64,000 nt of DNA from assembly GCA_963735035.1 (NCBI GenBank), contig CAVTJJ010000006.1:480001-544000 (forward strand). The letters are read 5' to 3'. Shown here in pieces: positions 27,934 through 42,319 of the stretch. The DNA is from an uncultured candidate division Zixibacteria bacterium (GTDB lineage Bacteria > Zixibacteria > MSB-5A5 > GN15 > FEB-12). Position numbers and translations under genes: made by a program. Positions within the stretch are counted from its first letter, which is position 1. Every line of letters starts with the position of its first letter. The notes under the pieces are model-generated. The model ran no database searches. It was not told the origin of the DNA and worked only from the letters and a program-made list of their open reading frames with translations.

Positions 27934-30714
27934 TTACAAACAGTTGTTCAGTCCGAGCGAAGAGCCGGTGATGAACAGGTAGTCGATCAGTATGGAAATG
28001 TCGCCGATCGTGATGTCATCACAGATCGGATTTGCGCCTCCGGACTGGTTGATGTCAGCTTCCGGCAAACAGTTGATTATACCGCTACACGAACCGGTAA
28101 TGAACTTGGCGTCAATCAACGCACTAACGTCGCCAATGGTCGGTTCATCTCCTCCCAGCGAATTGGCGTCTCCGACACGGCCGATACAACACGTCGTGCG
28201 TTCTGCCAGGACCAGCGGGTAAAGACCGTCGGTTTGTCCCGTAATGGTGTTCAGGATCGGATCGATACTTGTAGTAATATTCTCCCAGCTTCCGCCCCGG
28301 TAGGCCATCAGGACCAGGTCAGACTCGCCGGCTGTCAGGTCAGCCTCTGAATACGACAACGAGAACGTTATACTACCGATGCTATAGGCCGTAGTGGCGG
28401 GCTGATAGAATCGGGGAGAGGCAGCAGGAACAGGACCATAACCTATCGGCAAAGCCGGCCCAGAGGTCTCTACGTCGGCCCAGGTACTCCCTTTACCGCC
28501 ACACGTGGAGAACTTGACGCTTAGATTATTAGAAACGTTGACCGTTTCGTTGAGACCTTCGTCAGTGTTCCCCACCCAGAAGTCATCGACATACCAGCCT
28601 TCCGCAGTCGCGCCGCCATCGGAGCCGAAACGGAACATCAATTGAATCGGGCCTGACCACGCCGACAGGTCAAACGTCGATTGAGCCCATCCAGTGCTTC
28701 CGGCGAAGAGTCCATTGGTTCCGTCAAAATTCAGCGACGAGCCGGTTTCTATCGTCGTCTTGGGATATCCGCCTATGGGGAACAACTTCGTCCAGCTCAC
28801 GCCGTCGGTCGAAACCATGAGGATACCGCCGTCCCACGCGGAGCCGACCGTAGACCCGCATTCCGAATAGATCCGATGCCAGAATGTCAGATTCGAACCG
28901 GGAGCAAGAAGAATCGGTTTGGTAACCAGACCGCCGTCCGAACCGTCGACATATTCGACCGCCCCTGGTCCACCCGCTTTCCAAGCATAGCCGCCGCCGT
29001 GTGTACGATACGTCTCACGATGCCACTGATCATTGAAACGATCCACCACGGCGCGATGGGACCATTGGTCTTCTCCCGATTCCGCGTCGTCGGAGAAGCC
29101 GTGGGCGTTACCAACCCTGATAGCAAGAGGATAGTCTGCCGAGAAGCCGCCTTCCTCTTGAAGGCGCACGGTCAGGTTGATCATATATGGAACCGGACAC
29201 GACGGATCTATCAGTATGCTGGCGGGGGTTGTGACCGTATCAATCTGGCCGTGACTCAAGCTTGCCTTGAGCGATGTCGTAGCTACCGGGACCGTCACAT
29301 AAGGATCGGTGCTCAACAGCGTGACACTGGCGTTGTTGACTGCCCAGCCAAGATTTCGGACCACGGAACGGATGTTGACTGATTCACCCGGCTCGGCGTA
29401 AGCATCGCCGTCGCCCTGAGGCTCAACTATACTGCCTTTGTATGACATGTAAGCGCTGGCCTCGGGCTTGATATTGATAACCATGTTTTCCATGGCCGAC
29501 GGGCAAATGCCTCCGGACACCCATGAACATGACAGGTGATCTAGTACATACCACGCGGTGTTCCCCTGGCCCCAGCCATAGTTCATATGGAATTCATAAG
29601 TTACGCCGTCCGTGCGCCATCCGTCGCAGACGATCTCATGTGAGTGAATGCCGTACCAGATCGGACGACCGGCGTTGATTTCCTGCTGGATCACGCTGAA
29701 CCATCCGGCCAGATCGTAGTTCTTTCGACAAATAAGGGACAGTGACCAGTCATACTTGAAGTAGTAGGGGATGGCAAAGAGTCCGATAGATTGCGCGGCG
29801 CCCGAAGCACAGGAACCGTATGCCATATCCAGAGCAACGCCGGTTTCATAGCACAGTTCTGCCAGAGCCGCCTGCTGGGTGCCATTGCAGCCCAGGCCGT
29901 CGTCACAGCTATCACGCATGCCGGCCCAGTCATAAGGGTCAGAGAAGTCAGCCGTCAGAGTTTGAGGAGGAGTAGGCGTCCCGCCGCAACTGTTGTCGCC
30001 CGGCCAATAATAGGAGTGGCTGCCAAAACCAGCGTCGGGCCACTTCCAGAAATACATCAATTGGGATAAGGCTGTGGCCACGCATCCCACGACCGTGCGT
30101 CCGCTCTGCCCGCTGGGACAGTAGTTGTTGTAAGGGGCGCTCTGATGCCAGGAAGTAGTCAATAGTGGTCCGGCCGCATCGAGCGAAAGAGAAGCATCCA
30201 TCCGATAATCTTTTGACGACACTGCCATCTGATTCCAAAGCGAACGGTCCTTCGATCCAAACATACCGGCATCGCCCGCGGGTTGGCTATTCGACGCGCT
30301 ACCGTACGTGGCCACGAACGCGGTATACTGAGCGTAGAGCTGATCTCTCAAGAGCGCCACGATACCGCCGTTGTCAGAACCGTCGAGATGTCCTGTCGTA
30401 TTGTAGGCCTTGACGGGCGGCATTTCCATGAGCACCGGAACGATTACGAAACCGTCGGGCTGTATATTGTAGTACCGGGCCAACACGACCCCGTCCTTTT
30501 CGATTAGGCCGCTCTCGGCGATCACTGGAGTGAGACTTTCGCCCCAGGCGCCCTGGCGAGCTATCGAGCGGGTAAGCCAGTTGGCACAGACGTCCTGCAT
30601 CTGTTGTGTGGTTGCCACTTCAGCCCAGGCCGAGGCGGAGGAGAGAACGAGGACGAGTAGGGCGATTATGGTCGACCGTCCGGAGAGACGGCGGCTTGGT
30701 TCAAAGATGCGCAT
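27934..30714 (-). CDS. Secreted C10 (streptopain/SpeB-like) cysteine protease with jelly-roll domain and dockerin-like module
   Basis: PLLTTSWHQSAPYN, VVGCVATALSQ, HEIVCDG, HMNYGWG; FRFGSDG...GWYVDD; CCIGRVGDANSLGGDEPTIGDVS. Confidence 0.9.
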   Translation of the reverse strand: MRIFEPSRRLSGRSTIIALLVLVLSSASAWAEVATTQQMQDVCANWLTRSIARQGAWGESLTPVIAESGLIEKDGVVLARYYNIQPDGFVIVPVLMEMPPVKAYNTTGHLDGSDNGGIVALLRDQLYAQYTAFVATYGSASNSQPAGDAGMFGSKDRSLWNQMAVSSKDYRMDASLSLDAAGPLLTTSWHQSAPYNNYCPSGQSGRTVVGCVATALSQLMYFWKWPDAGFGSHSYYWPGDNSCGGTPTPPQTLTADFSDPYDWAGMRDSCDDGLGCNGTQQAALAELCYETGVALDMAYGSCASGAAQSIGLFAIPYYFKYDWSLSLICRKNYDLAGWFSVIQQEINAGRPIWYGIHSHEIVCDGWRTDGVTYEFHMNYGWGQGNTAWYVLDHLSCSWVSGGICPSAMENMVINIKPEASAYMSYKGSIVEPQGDGDAYAEPGESVNIRSVVRNLGWAVNNASVTLLSTDPYVTVPVATTSLKASLSHGQIDTVTTPASILIDPSCPVPYMINLTVRLQEEGGFSADYPLAIRVGNAHGFSDDAESGEDQWSHRAVVDRFNDQWHRETYRTHGGGYAWKAGGPGAVEYVDGSDGGLVTKPILLAPGSNLTFWHRIYSECGSTVGSAWDGGILMVSTDGVSWTKLFPIGGYPKTTIETGSSLNFDGTNGLFAGSTGWAQSTFDLSAWSGPIQLMFRFGSDGGATAEGWYVDDFWVGNTDEGLNETVNVSNNLSVKFSTCGGKGSTWADVETSGPALPIGYGPVPAASPRFYQPATTAYSIGSITFSLSYSEADLTAGESDLVLMAYRGGSWENITTSIDPILNTITGQTDGLYPLVLAERTTCCIGRVGDANSLGGDEPTIGDVSALIDAKFITGSCSGIINCLPEADINQSGGANPICDDITIGDISILIDYLFITGSSLGLNNCL

Positions 30715-30976
30715 GAAAGGTTTCCTTATGTCGAAAGCGGGACTTCATGTAGTCTACTCAGTAAGTACAGCCTTAAATATAAGCTCTTTTGGCTCGTTCG
30801 GGGGGCTTAATATAGGGAGTCCTGGTTTCTCTTAAGGATTTGGTCGGATTTGCGGAGGTTGGGGGAGAGGGTCTGCAAATAATAATGGCGGCCGGTGTTG
30901 GGACGAGTCGGGGAAGTCGATAGACTACAGGGGGATGGGAGTCGCGAATTTTTTTTCGAATTTTATGAGAATCCCC

Positions 30977-31005
30977 TTGACATGGTCACAGGGGTTCCGT
31001 ATCCT
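30977..31005 (+). promoter_or_regulatory. rRNA operon promoter
   Basis: TTGACA-17 nt-TATCCT with AT-rich upstream tract; boxA-like gttctttgacaac about 50 nt downstream. Confidence 0.75.
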
Positions 31006-31220
31006 GTCCGTCTGCCAGGTATGTTAATTTACATGTCAGGCGGTTTTTTTTCGCTGTTCTTTGACAACTGAATAGCCACGCTGAAGACAAGAAATTGGTC
31101 TTGTTTTCATGTCGCGGGTCCTAAATTTCGAAAGATTTTTGAGACCTTTCTAAAGTAAACCAAACGCGAATGCGTCGTTCGTGTTTTTCGGATCACTATG
31201 TATATATCGTATTTTTGATA

Positions 31221-32772
<1,552 letters not shown>

Positions 32773-32913
32773 CTAAGGAGTAGGTGTGAGGTCCGTTTTA
32801 ACGGATCGAATGCTTAGGTCGAGCGATATGTTGACATACTCATTTTTTGTTTTTCAGCGGGCTATTTGGATATAAATGTGGTCGCGTCAAGGCGACGCTG
32901 AGTACCTTCGTAT

Positions 32914-32990
32914 GGGCCTATAGCTCAGTTGGTTAGAGCGCGCGCCTGATAAGCGCGAGGTCATTGGTTCAACTCCAATTAGGCCCACCA
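32914..32990 (+). tRNA. tRNA-Ile (GAU)
   Basis: GGGCCTATAGCTCAG...CT-GAT-AA...GGTTCAACTCC...GGCCCACCA. Confidence 0.98.
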
Positions 32991-33062
32991 TGACGGCGGG
33001 CCTGACAGAGTCTTTCAGTTGGAGATGCCGGCGATCTCGCGATCGAGCGGCAAGCGTAAAGC

Positions 33063-33887
33063 ATGCCCGATGCGAAGTTTGACGCCGGCTCGTACTGGAA
33101 AGAGCGACTTCGACGCAACTTCGACCTCACTGGGGTCGGATTCAGGCGACGAAGCGCTGCCTACAACCGCTGGGTGTATCGAGTTAGATGCGAACACCTC
33201 GACGAATTGTTTAGGCGACGAGGCTGGCCGATCGAAGGAAAAACGGTCCTGGATGTCGGATGCGGCACCGGATTCTTTATCGACCACTGGCTGCAACGAG
33301 GCGCCGGACGGATTACCGGACTGGACGTCACCGAAGTCAGTGTTGAGCGACTGAAGAAACGGTTCCCGAATGTAAAGTTTGTTCTCGCCGATGTCTCTGA
33401 ACCGGGTCTCGAAGTAGACGGAACATTTGATTACGTAAGTATTTTCGATGTTCTGTACCACGTCGTAGACGATAAGAAGTTTGAGCAGGCAGTTGCGAAC
33501 CTGTCGCGACTGTGCCGTCCCGGAAGTCGAGTGATTATCACCGACATGTTCGGCAAGCGCACGGTCGAGGTAGTGAAGCACGTTCGGAATCGGTCGCAAG
33601 GCCGGTACCAGGAGATTTTCTCGAAGAACGGGTTTGAACTGCTTGAGATGAAGCCGTTGTTCTTCACTCTGATGCCCCCCTCCCGGGTGGCGAGTCGTCC
33701 GGTCTATTGGGCCGGGGCTCTGGCGTGGGAAGCGTTGACTTTCCCTGCGCGCTGGGAATGGTTGGGCGGAGTGGTAGGCGGCGGGCTCTATAGGGTCGAT
33801 TCCGGACTACGTCGACTGTTCCACAAGGGACCGTCACATCATGTCGCGGTGTTCGAGTTCAAGGGAACCGGACCAGGCCCGAAATAA
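33063..33887 (+). CDS. Class I SAM-dependent methyltransferase inside the 16S-23S spacer
   Basis: 274-aa intact ORF; VLDVGCGTG (motif I), ITGLD, ADV, FDYVSIFDVLYHV, LCRPGSRVIITD. Confidence 0.88.
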   Translation: MPDAKFDAGSYWKERLRRNFDLTGVGFRRRSAAYNRWVYRVRCEHLDELFRRRGWPIEGKTVLDVGCGTGFFIDHWLQRGAGRITGLDVTEVSVERLKKRFPNVKFVLADVSEPGLEVDGTFDYVSIFDVLYHVVDDKKFEQAVANLSRLCRPGSRVIITDMFGKRTVEVVKHVRNRSQGRYQEIFSKNGFELLEMKPLFFTLMPPSRVASRPVYWAGALAWEALTFPARWEWLGGVVGGGLYRVDSGLRRLFHKGPSHHVAVFEFKGTGPGPK

Positions 33888-33919
33888 TTGGAGTGGTACG
33901 GCAGATCGACTCGTTAACT

Positions 33920-33995
33920 GGGGATGTAGCTCAGTTGGGAGAGCGGTGGCTTTGCAAGCCACAGGTCACCGGTTCGATCCCGGTCATCTCCACCA
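33920..33995 (+). tRNA. tRNA-Ala (UGC)
   Basis: GGGGATGTAGCTCAG...TT-TGC-AA...GGTTCGATCCC...TCTCCACCA; G3:U70. Confidence 0.98.
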
Positions 33996-34153
33996 TAGTA
34001 AAGAAAAACCTTCGGGTTTTTATATAGACCGCCTCGGCGGTCGCAGGCTCTTTGACAACTTCATAGTTTTTTGGGTAAGCAAGCAATTGGTATCTTCCAA
34101 TTGGTTGCGCAGTGTTCAAAGAGCAAATAATGGGATGCTCTCAGGTAGATTTC

Positions 34154-37159
<3,006 letters not shown>

Positions 37160-37303
37160 AAAAATATCTACACTGAATGCGTCCCCATTATTCAATGGAC
37201 TCGGCGCAACCAATTGGGCGATGCTAACGCTCTTGTAGGTCGGAACCTTCATGGTTTCAACTCACGGGAAAGCAAGCCTATCCAAAAAACTATGTCATTG
37301 AGT

Positions 37304-37422
<119 letters not shown>

Positions 37423-37430
37423 TTAAATAA

Positions 37431-37465
37431 GAAGGCCCCCTCCAGCAATGGAGGGGGCTTTTTTT
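37431..37465 (+). terminator. rRNA operon intrinsic terminator
   Basis: ggccccctcca-gcaa-tggagggggct followed by a T run. Confidence 0.9.
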
Positions 37466-37538
37466 GTGTTCGGAGTTCGGGCTGCGATACCCGGCTGATT
37501 CAATATTGCATTTGAGCCGTTACAGTCTATCTTTAGGG

Positions 37539-37874
37539 ATGACACCCATCACCGATGCGCTGCTAAAGAGCTTGGCCGACACAATTGTACAGACAGCCGA
37601 CCCGGACTATGTCTATCTTTTCGGCTCGTACGCCCGTGGCGACGCCAAGCTGGATTCCGACCTGGATATACTTGTGATTGTTGACAAGCCGTTTGGTCCG
37701 AACCGGAGCCGCTTGGCCGAAATTAACAAAATCCGCAGCCGTTTGACCAAGTTCCGGATTGCGAAGGACGTGCTGGTTTACAGCGCCGATGAACTTCGCG
37801 AATGGAAAGACTCACGCAACCATGTCATCGGTCGATGCGTGCGGGAGGGACGGTTGCTGTATGCCCGAGCGTAG
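37539..37874 (+). CDS. Minimal nucleotidyltransferase (MNT; putative antitoxin)
   Basis: YLFGSYARGDAKLDSDLDILV (GSx10DxD); C-terminal EGRLLY; overlaps the HEPN gene. Confidence 0.9.
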   Translation: MTPITDALLKSLADTIVQTADPDYVYLFGSYARGDAKLDSDLDILVIVDKPFGPNRSRLAEINKIRSRLTKFRIAKDVLVYSADELREWKDSRNHVIGRCVREGRLLYARA

Positions 37875-38253
37875 GCTGGCACAGGAGCTACTGACTGTCG
37901 CGAAAACCGATCTCCGGGCAACATCAGCCATGCAAGACGGATTGGTATTTCCTGACGAGATATTCGGATTTCATGCGCAGCAGGCGGTCGAAAAGGCGCT
38001 GAAAGCATGGTTAAGTCTGTTGGATTTGGAGTATCGACGCGTACATGATCTGGACGAGTTATTTGAATTGATAGCCGAAACCGGTAATCCGATCAATGCG
38101 TCGTTTCGCACTCTGGCTGAGCTCACACCCTTTGCGGTTCAATTTCGATATGACACGTCGGCCCTGTCTCAGGGCGAATTGAATCGCGCCGACCTTGTGT
38201 TGCGGATAACTGGTTTGATTGATCATGTCGAGACTCTCCTGAATCGCGGGTAA
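37861..38253 (+). CDS. HEPN domain protein (putative toxin of an MNT-HEPN pair)
   Basis: FHAQQAVEKALKA, RRVHDL, FAVQFRY motifs typical of HEPN (PF05168-like). Confidence 0.9.
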   Translation: MPERRLAQELLTVAKTDLRATSAMQDGLVFPDEIFGFHAQQAVEKALKAWLSLLDLEYRRVHDLDELFELIAETGNPINASFRTLAELTPFAVQFRYDTSALSQGELNRADLVLRITGLIDHVETLLNRG

Positions 38254-38272
38254 TCGTCTGCGAACGCTGCGC

Positions 38273-38341
38273 TGTGGGAGAGTAGCAAGCCGCCGGTCTA
38301 AATAAGAAGGCCCCCTCCAGCAATGGAGGGGGTTTTTTTGT
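38273..38341 (+). repeat. Direct repeat of the 5S rRNA 3' end plus terminator (copy of 37397-37467)
   Basis: tgtgggagagtagcaagccgccgg...taaataagaaggccccctccagcaatggaggggg-T run present twice with about 3 differences. Confidence 0.95.
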
Positions 38342-38377
38342 CTTATGCAGCTGTAAGTCACAACCGATACTCGGAGT

Positions 38378-39124
38378 ATGGAATCTCCGCGAACAAGAAG
38401 AAAGTGGCACGGGCTATCCTGCGTTATTGTCTTCTCGTTCTACTTTCTCCAGAATCTGCTTGGACCGGCTCTTCAAGCAAAGAGCGTTGAGCTATCGGCT
38501 ATTCTCTGGATTCTGTCAGTTCTTGGGCTTACGGTTTGTTTTGTCTACATGCTTGTGTCGGCCCTCAGGGGCAGACTCAGATTCCGTCTATTGGGATACA
38601 CAGTTGCCGCTTTCCTCGGTTGCAGTCTCGTATATGGTCAATTCTCTACAGGAGCGAGGGCGCGATGTTACCTTCTTCTTAATGAAGTAGATATCGAGAA
38701 ATTACTGAAAGAAGTGTCTAAGGTATCGGCTGATCAATGGGCCGTGGGTGTTATGCAGAAATATCCCTTCATAAGACTGAGTTACTTCGACGTGATGTTT
38801 TCCGATTACAAATCCCTGAGGGCTCCGATGAATCGACTCTGTGTGTATGACATTAAGAAGCACAGCAGATATACTGAGTTGTCCGTATCCGGCTTTTCCA
38901 CGGATCGATCGGAGGAACTCACCTTGCTCTACACAAGTGATAGGGACTGCGTGGGAGTTATAGATCTGGCCACGAGTCATAGTCTTGTAAGTGAAATGTC
39001 TGGCCTCACTGACAATTGGTATTACATCGTACGTCACTACAACTCGCTGCAGGATCGCGTCGTTGTTTGGGGTTGCGATGAACAGCGACTCCCGAGATCA
39101 TCTGCCTCCTATAGATCGTCGTAA
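38378..39124 (+). CDS. Hypothetical membrane protein (about 3 N-terminal TM segments); visibly AT-richer
   Basis: 248-aa ORF with hydrophobic N-terminal stretches; no recognised motif. Confidence 0.55.
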   Translation: MESPRTRRKWHGLSCVIVFSFYFLQNLLGPALQAKSVELSAILWILSVLGLTVCFVYMLVSALRGRLRFRLLGYTVAAFLGCSLVYGQFSTGARARCYLLLNEVDIEKLLKEVSKVSADQWAVGVMQKYPFIRLSYFDVMFSDYKSLRAPMNRLCVYDIKKHSRYTELSVSGFSTDRSEELTLLYTSDRDCVGVIDLATSHSLVSEMSGLTDNWYYIVRHYNSLQDRVVVWGCDEQRLPRSSASYRSS

Positions 39125-39143
39125 GAACGGAGATCGCATTCGC

Positions 39144-39265
39144 GTCGGGTCACACCTCGCTCGTCCGCCGTGGCGCACGAGCTCTGCAAGACCCTACGCA
39201 ACAACCGGGTTGCCCGGTGCCCCGCTCGCGGCGTGCTTCGCACGCCACTCGTGAACCCGACCTAC
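39144..39265. repeat. REP-like palindromic element (GTAG type)
   Basis: gtcgggtcac...gtgaacccgacctac inverted ends; internal hairpin ggcgtgcttcgcacgcc. Confidence 0.55.
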
Positions 39266-39531
39266 CTGGACCTACCTGCAATTCGGGAGCGGCAGGGGGG
39301 GAGCCCCCTATTCAAATAGAAGGCCCTACCGCTGAATGCCCCGGTCGACTCCACAACGGGAAGCCGGTCCGTAATTTCCCTGTCTCAGATGGGCGCCGGG
39401 CACTATATTGTGGATAGATTAGGAGTCTCTCTCCGCCACCGCGCCCGTTTTCAACCTGATTCAATCTCAGGTCGCGACCCGGTCAGAGAAATTGCGGTTT
39501 GAAGTTGTTCAACAGCGAGAAGGGGTACGAA

Positions 39532-40960
39532 ATGACACGTTGTCGCTGGTATCTTAGCGGACGCGGTATCGTGCTCGCCGTGGTCGTGTTGCTGGCGGGC
39601 TGCTCATCGGACGATGACTCCAGCAAATCCCCGACCGGCCCCAAAGCGGTCGTGGCCGACTTCTACGTCAGTGTGGCGAGCGGCCAGGACAGCAACCCCG
39701 GCACCAAAACAGCACCGTTCAAAACCATTCAACGGGCGATCGATACGGTCAAGCTGGCCGGCGGGACCGTATTCGTCGCAGAGGGCCTTTACACCGAAAG
39801 CCTGGTGCTTGACGACAATGTGAAGTTGTACGGTGGCTACAAGGACGGCACGTTCGTGCGTGACCTCGCCAACGTCATTACCGTGATATACGGAACCGCC
39901 ACCGTCGTGAAAATAGTCGATGCTGACTCGATAACCATCGACGGGTTCACGATCAACTGTGCCCCCGATCCAGCTCCGGGGGGAAGCGCAATTGCCATCA
40001 GCCTGCACAACGCCGTCGCTGTCACCGTCAACGGAAATTCGATCACGGCTCTCGGCTCCACGCCGGGTTCTAATGGCTACCAACCCGAACCGCCGGTGGA
40101 ACCACCAGAGTTCCATCCGGACGGCGCTCCCGGAGGTGACGCCACGAGTGACGGCTGCATCCTCGGCGACTGCACTCCCACTGATGGCGGTCACGGAGGA
40201 TCGTCGTCAAGAGAGTGTGCTTATGGCGGTGTTGGCGGTGACGGCTGCGCTGCCTAGTTGCGGGAACGGTCGTGACGGATATTGTTTGGGTGCAGGACTT
40301 GGAGGTGCCGGCAAAGGATTTTTCGGAGGTGCCGGCGAGAACGGCTCCGACGGAGGATATGGTGGTCCGGTTGGGACAGACGGACTTGGCGGGTCGGCCC
40401 TCGTTCTAATAAACGCCGGAGCCTATGTTCCAGTCGCTGGGGACAGTGGGACGACAGGAGCTATTGGCGGCGGTGGTGGTGGTGGCGGCGGCGGTGGTGG
40501 CATCCTTGCGAAAGGCGCCAGCGGCGGCGGTGGTGGAGCGGCGGCCTTGGGAGGCCTGGGCGGCACCGGTGGCGGAGGCGGTGGAGCCTCGATTGCGATC
40601 CTGCTTTCCGGAGAATCTCAGGCCACCGTCACGAATAACGCAATTTCGACCGGCCGTGGCGGCACCGGAGGCAGCGGGGGACTCGGAGGAGAACCAGGTG
40701 AGCCAGGATTGGGCGGGCCAGGCGGAGCCGGGAATGGCTGGGGTTCGGCCGGAGGCGACGGCGGCAACGGCGGACCGGGCCAGGTCGGCGGTAACGGGGG
40801 TGGCGGAGCCGGCGGGCCGTCGATCTGCATCTGCGAATCGGCCGAAAGCAGTGCGACGCTCTCCGCAAATACGTGCACTCACGGATCCGGCGGATCTGGC
40901 GGCGGCGGCTCGGGGAATGCGGGCGCGGACGGCGAAGCGGTGGATTACAAGAAGCTGTAA
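39532..40960 (+). CDS. Lipoprotein with DUF1565/beta-helix domain and Gly-rich (PGRS-like) tail; frameshift near 40250
   Basis: Lipobox LLAGC; FYVSVASGQDSNPGTKTAPFKTIQRAID; continuation in another frame with GGGGG...GGASIAI and GGPSI motifs. Confidence 0.75.
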
Positions 40961-41062
40961 AGTCCGGTGCCACACCGCTTGCAGTGGGTTGAGATTCGTG
41001 CTGCGGGCGGCAGAGATTGAGTGGCGGCTTTGAAGCAAAACCGTCATACGCTCTGCCAACTG

Positions 41063-42142
41063 TCAGGACCCGCCTCCAGCGAGATATAACGGGATTATGA
41101 TTGGTAGAAACGTTGCGAATCCCACGAGCGCCAGTCCCTTGTGCCAAAACGGCCTGTTGTTGCGGCGTTCGATAGTGTTCGAATTTCCCCAACCGCCCAT
41201 ATAAACATATATCCCAAATCCTCGTGTGTAGTCACCGCTATATACGGAATACATAGTACCGACTTTCATCGATGCGCCAGACATGATCAGAAATGTCGCG
41301 TCGGCCCGACGAGAGATTCCGGCTGCGTTGTTGTAGGTGTATCTAAAACCTTCAAAGGGTCCGTCAAGGCGTATTCCCAGCTCAACTCCAGTTCCCTTCT
41401 TGAACAGTTTGACTGGATCTTCATACCCCTTGATATGTGAGTAAATAAGCGCTGAAGAGACAACAGGTAGCCATCGATCCCTGCCCCAGAGTGCCAACTC
41501 GCCCCCAAATCGCACGGAGTTGAGGACGTATCTTGGGGAATGGTTGATTGCGTATCCGAGGAAAAGTCCAAGTCTCTTCTGCCGATAATCGAACTGATCC
41601 TCGAGATGAAATACTATCCCGTGGGCTTCCGAATGGACGGGGGATGGGAAACCGGACTTTGTGAACCAACCCGACCCTATGGTTCCCTGTCGTCCAACGA
41701 CCTTGTTAGGTTCGAAAGATAGCCCCCCAATTGTTGTGCCAACACTATCTGTCGGCTCATTCTTGTCTTGCGACTGATAGAAGCACAAGGAGTACGACTC
41801 TGGATATTGAAAAACTGGCTCCGGCCAGAGCAATTGCCCACGCCACCCAGACTGGGTGGGCTGCCCGGTAGATTTCGAGATGATAGGACTGAGAAGCACC
41901 GCCAATGACTTAGAATCTGTGGAGAATGTTTCGCCGGGACTCGTAAAGTCTAGTCGCATTTTGACTGAATCACATGGAACGTCTTTGACAAAGAGTTCGT
42001 AGTCAATTCTCAGGGTTCTGCCGTCAAGCGATGCTTTGGCCCGGCCTCGCAATAGTTCGACATACAATGGGTTTGTTAGTCCCGTCGATGCGAAAAAGAG
42101 ACTTAGAATGAAGATCACTGAAGCTACAAGTCGTGTCAGCAT
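41063..42142 (-). CDS. Hypothetical exported protein
   Basis: Long ORF with signal peptide from MLTRLVASV and a hydrophobic C-terminus; AT-richer; no recognised motif. Confidence 0.55.
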   Translation of the reverse strand: MLTRLVASVIFILSLFFASTGLTNPLYVELLRGRAKASLDGRTLRIDYELFVKDVPCDSVKMRLDFTSPGETFSTDSKSLAVLLSPIISKSTGQPTQSGWRGQLLWPEPVFQYPESYSLCFYQSQDKNEPTDSVGTTIGGLSFEPNKVVGRQGTIGSGWFTKSGFPSPVHSEAHGIVFHLEDQFDYRQKRLGLFLGYAINHSPRYVLNSVRFGGELALWGRDRWLPVVSSALIYSHIKGYEDPVKLFKKGTGVELGIRLDGPFEGFRYTYNNAAGISRRADATFLIMSGASMKVGTMYSVYSGDYTRGFGIYVYMGGWGNSNTIERRNNRPFWHKGLALVGFATFLPIIIPLYLAGGGS

Positions 42143-42319
42143 AGTTGCTCCCTGGTTACTCGCGCAATCTGACAAAACATAGTTCGGCGAGCTTGCCGCT
42201 GTCAACAAGCGAGTAGAGGATGCCACGCTACCCTGGTGGCCTGCCCTTTAGTGAAACTATCTCTGTACGGCAACGGCGGAACCCTGTCGATTGAAAAGAC
42301 GACAACCCTTGGGTGCCCC

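Noticed and set aside
17704..28200. Diversity-generating retroelement TR/VR pairs among the similar dockerin tails
   Set aside because: No reverse transcriptase in the window; the similarity is protein-level paralogy, not adenine-specific variation
31008..31052. Attenuator hairpin plus T run at the start of the rRNA leader
   Set aside because: The stem's 5' arm overlaps the predicted start site and is imperfect; it may only insulate against upstream read-through
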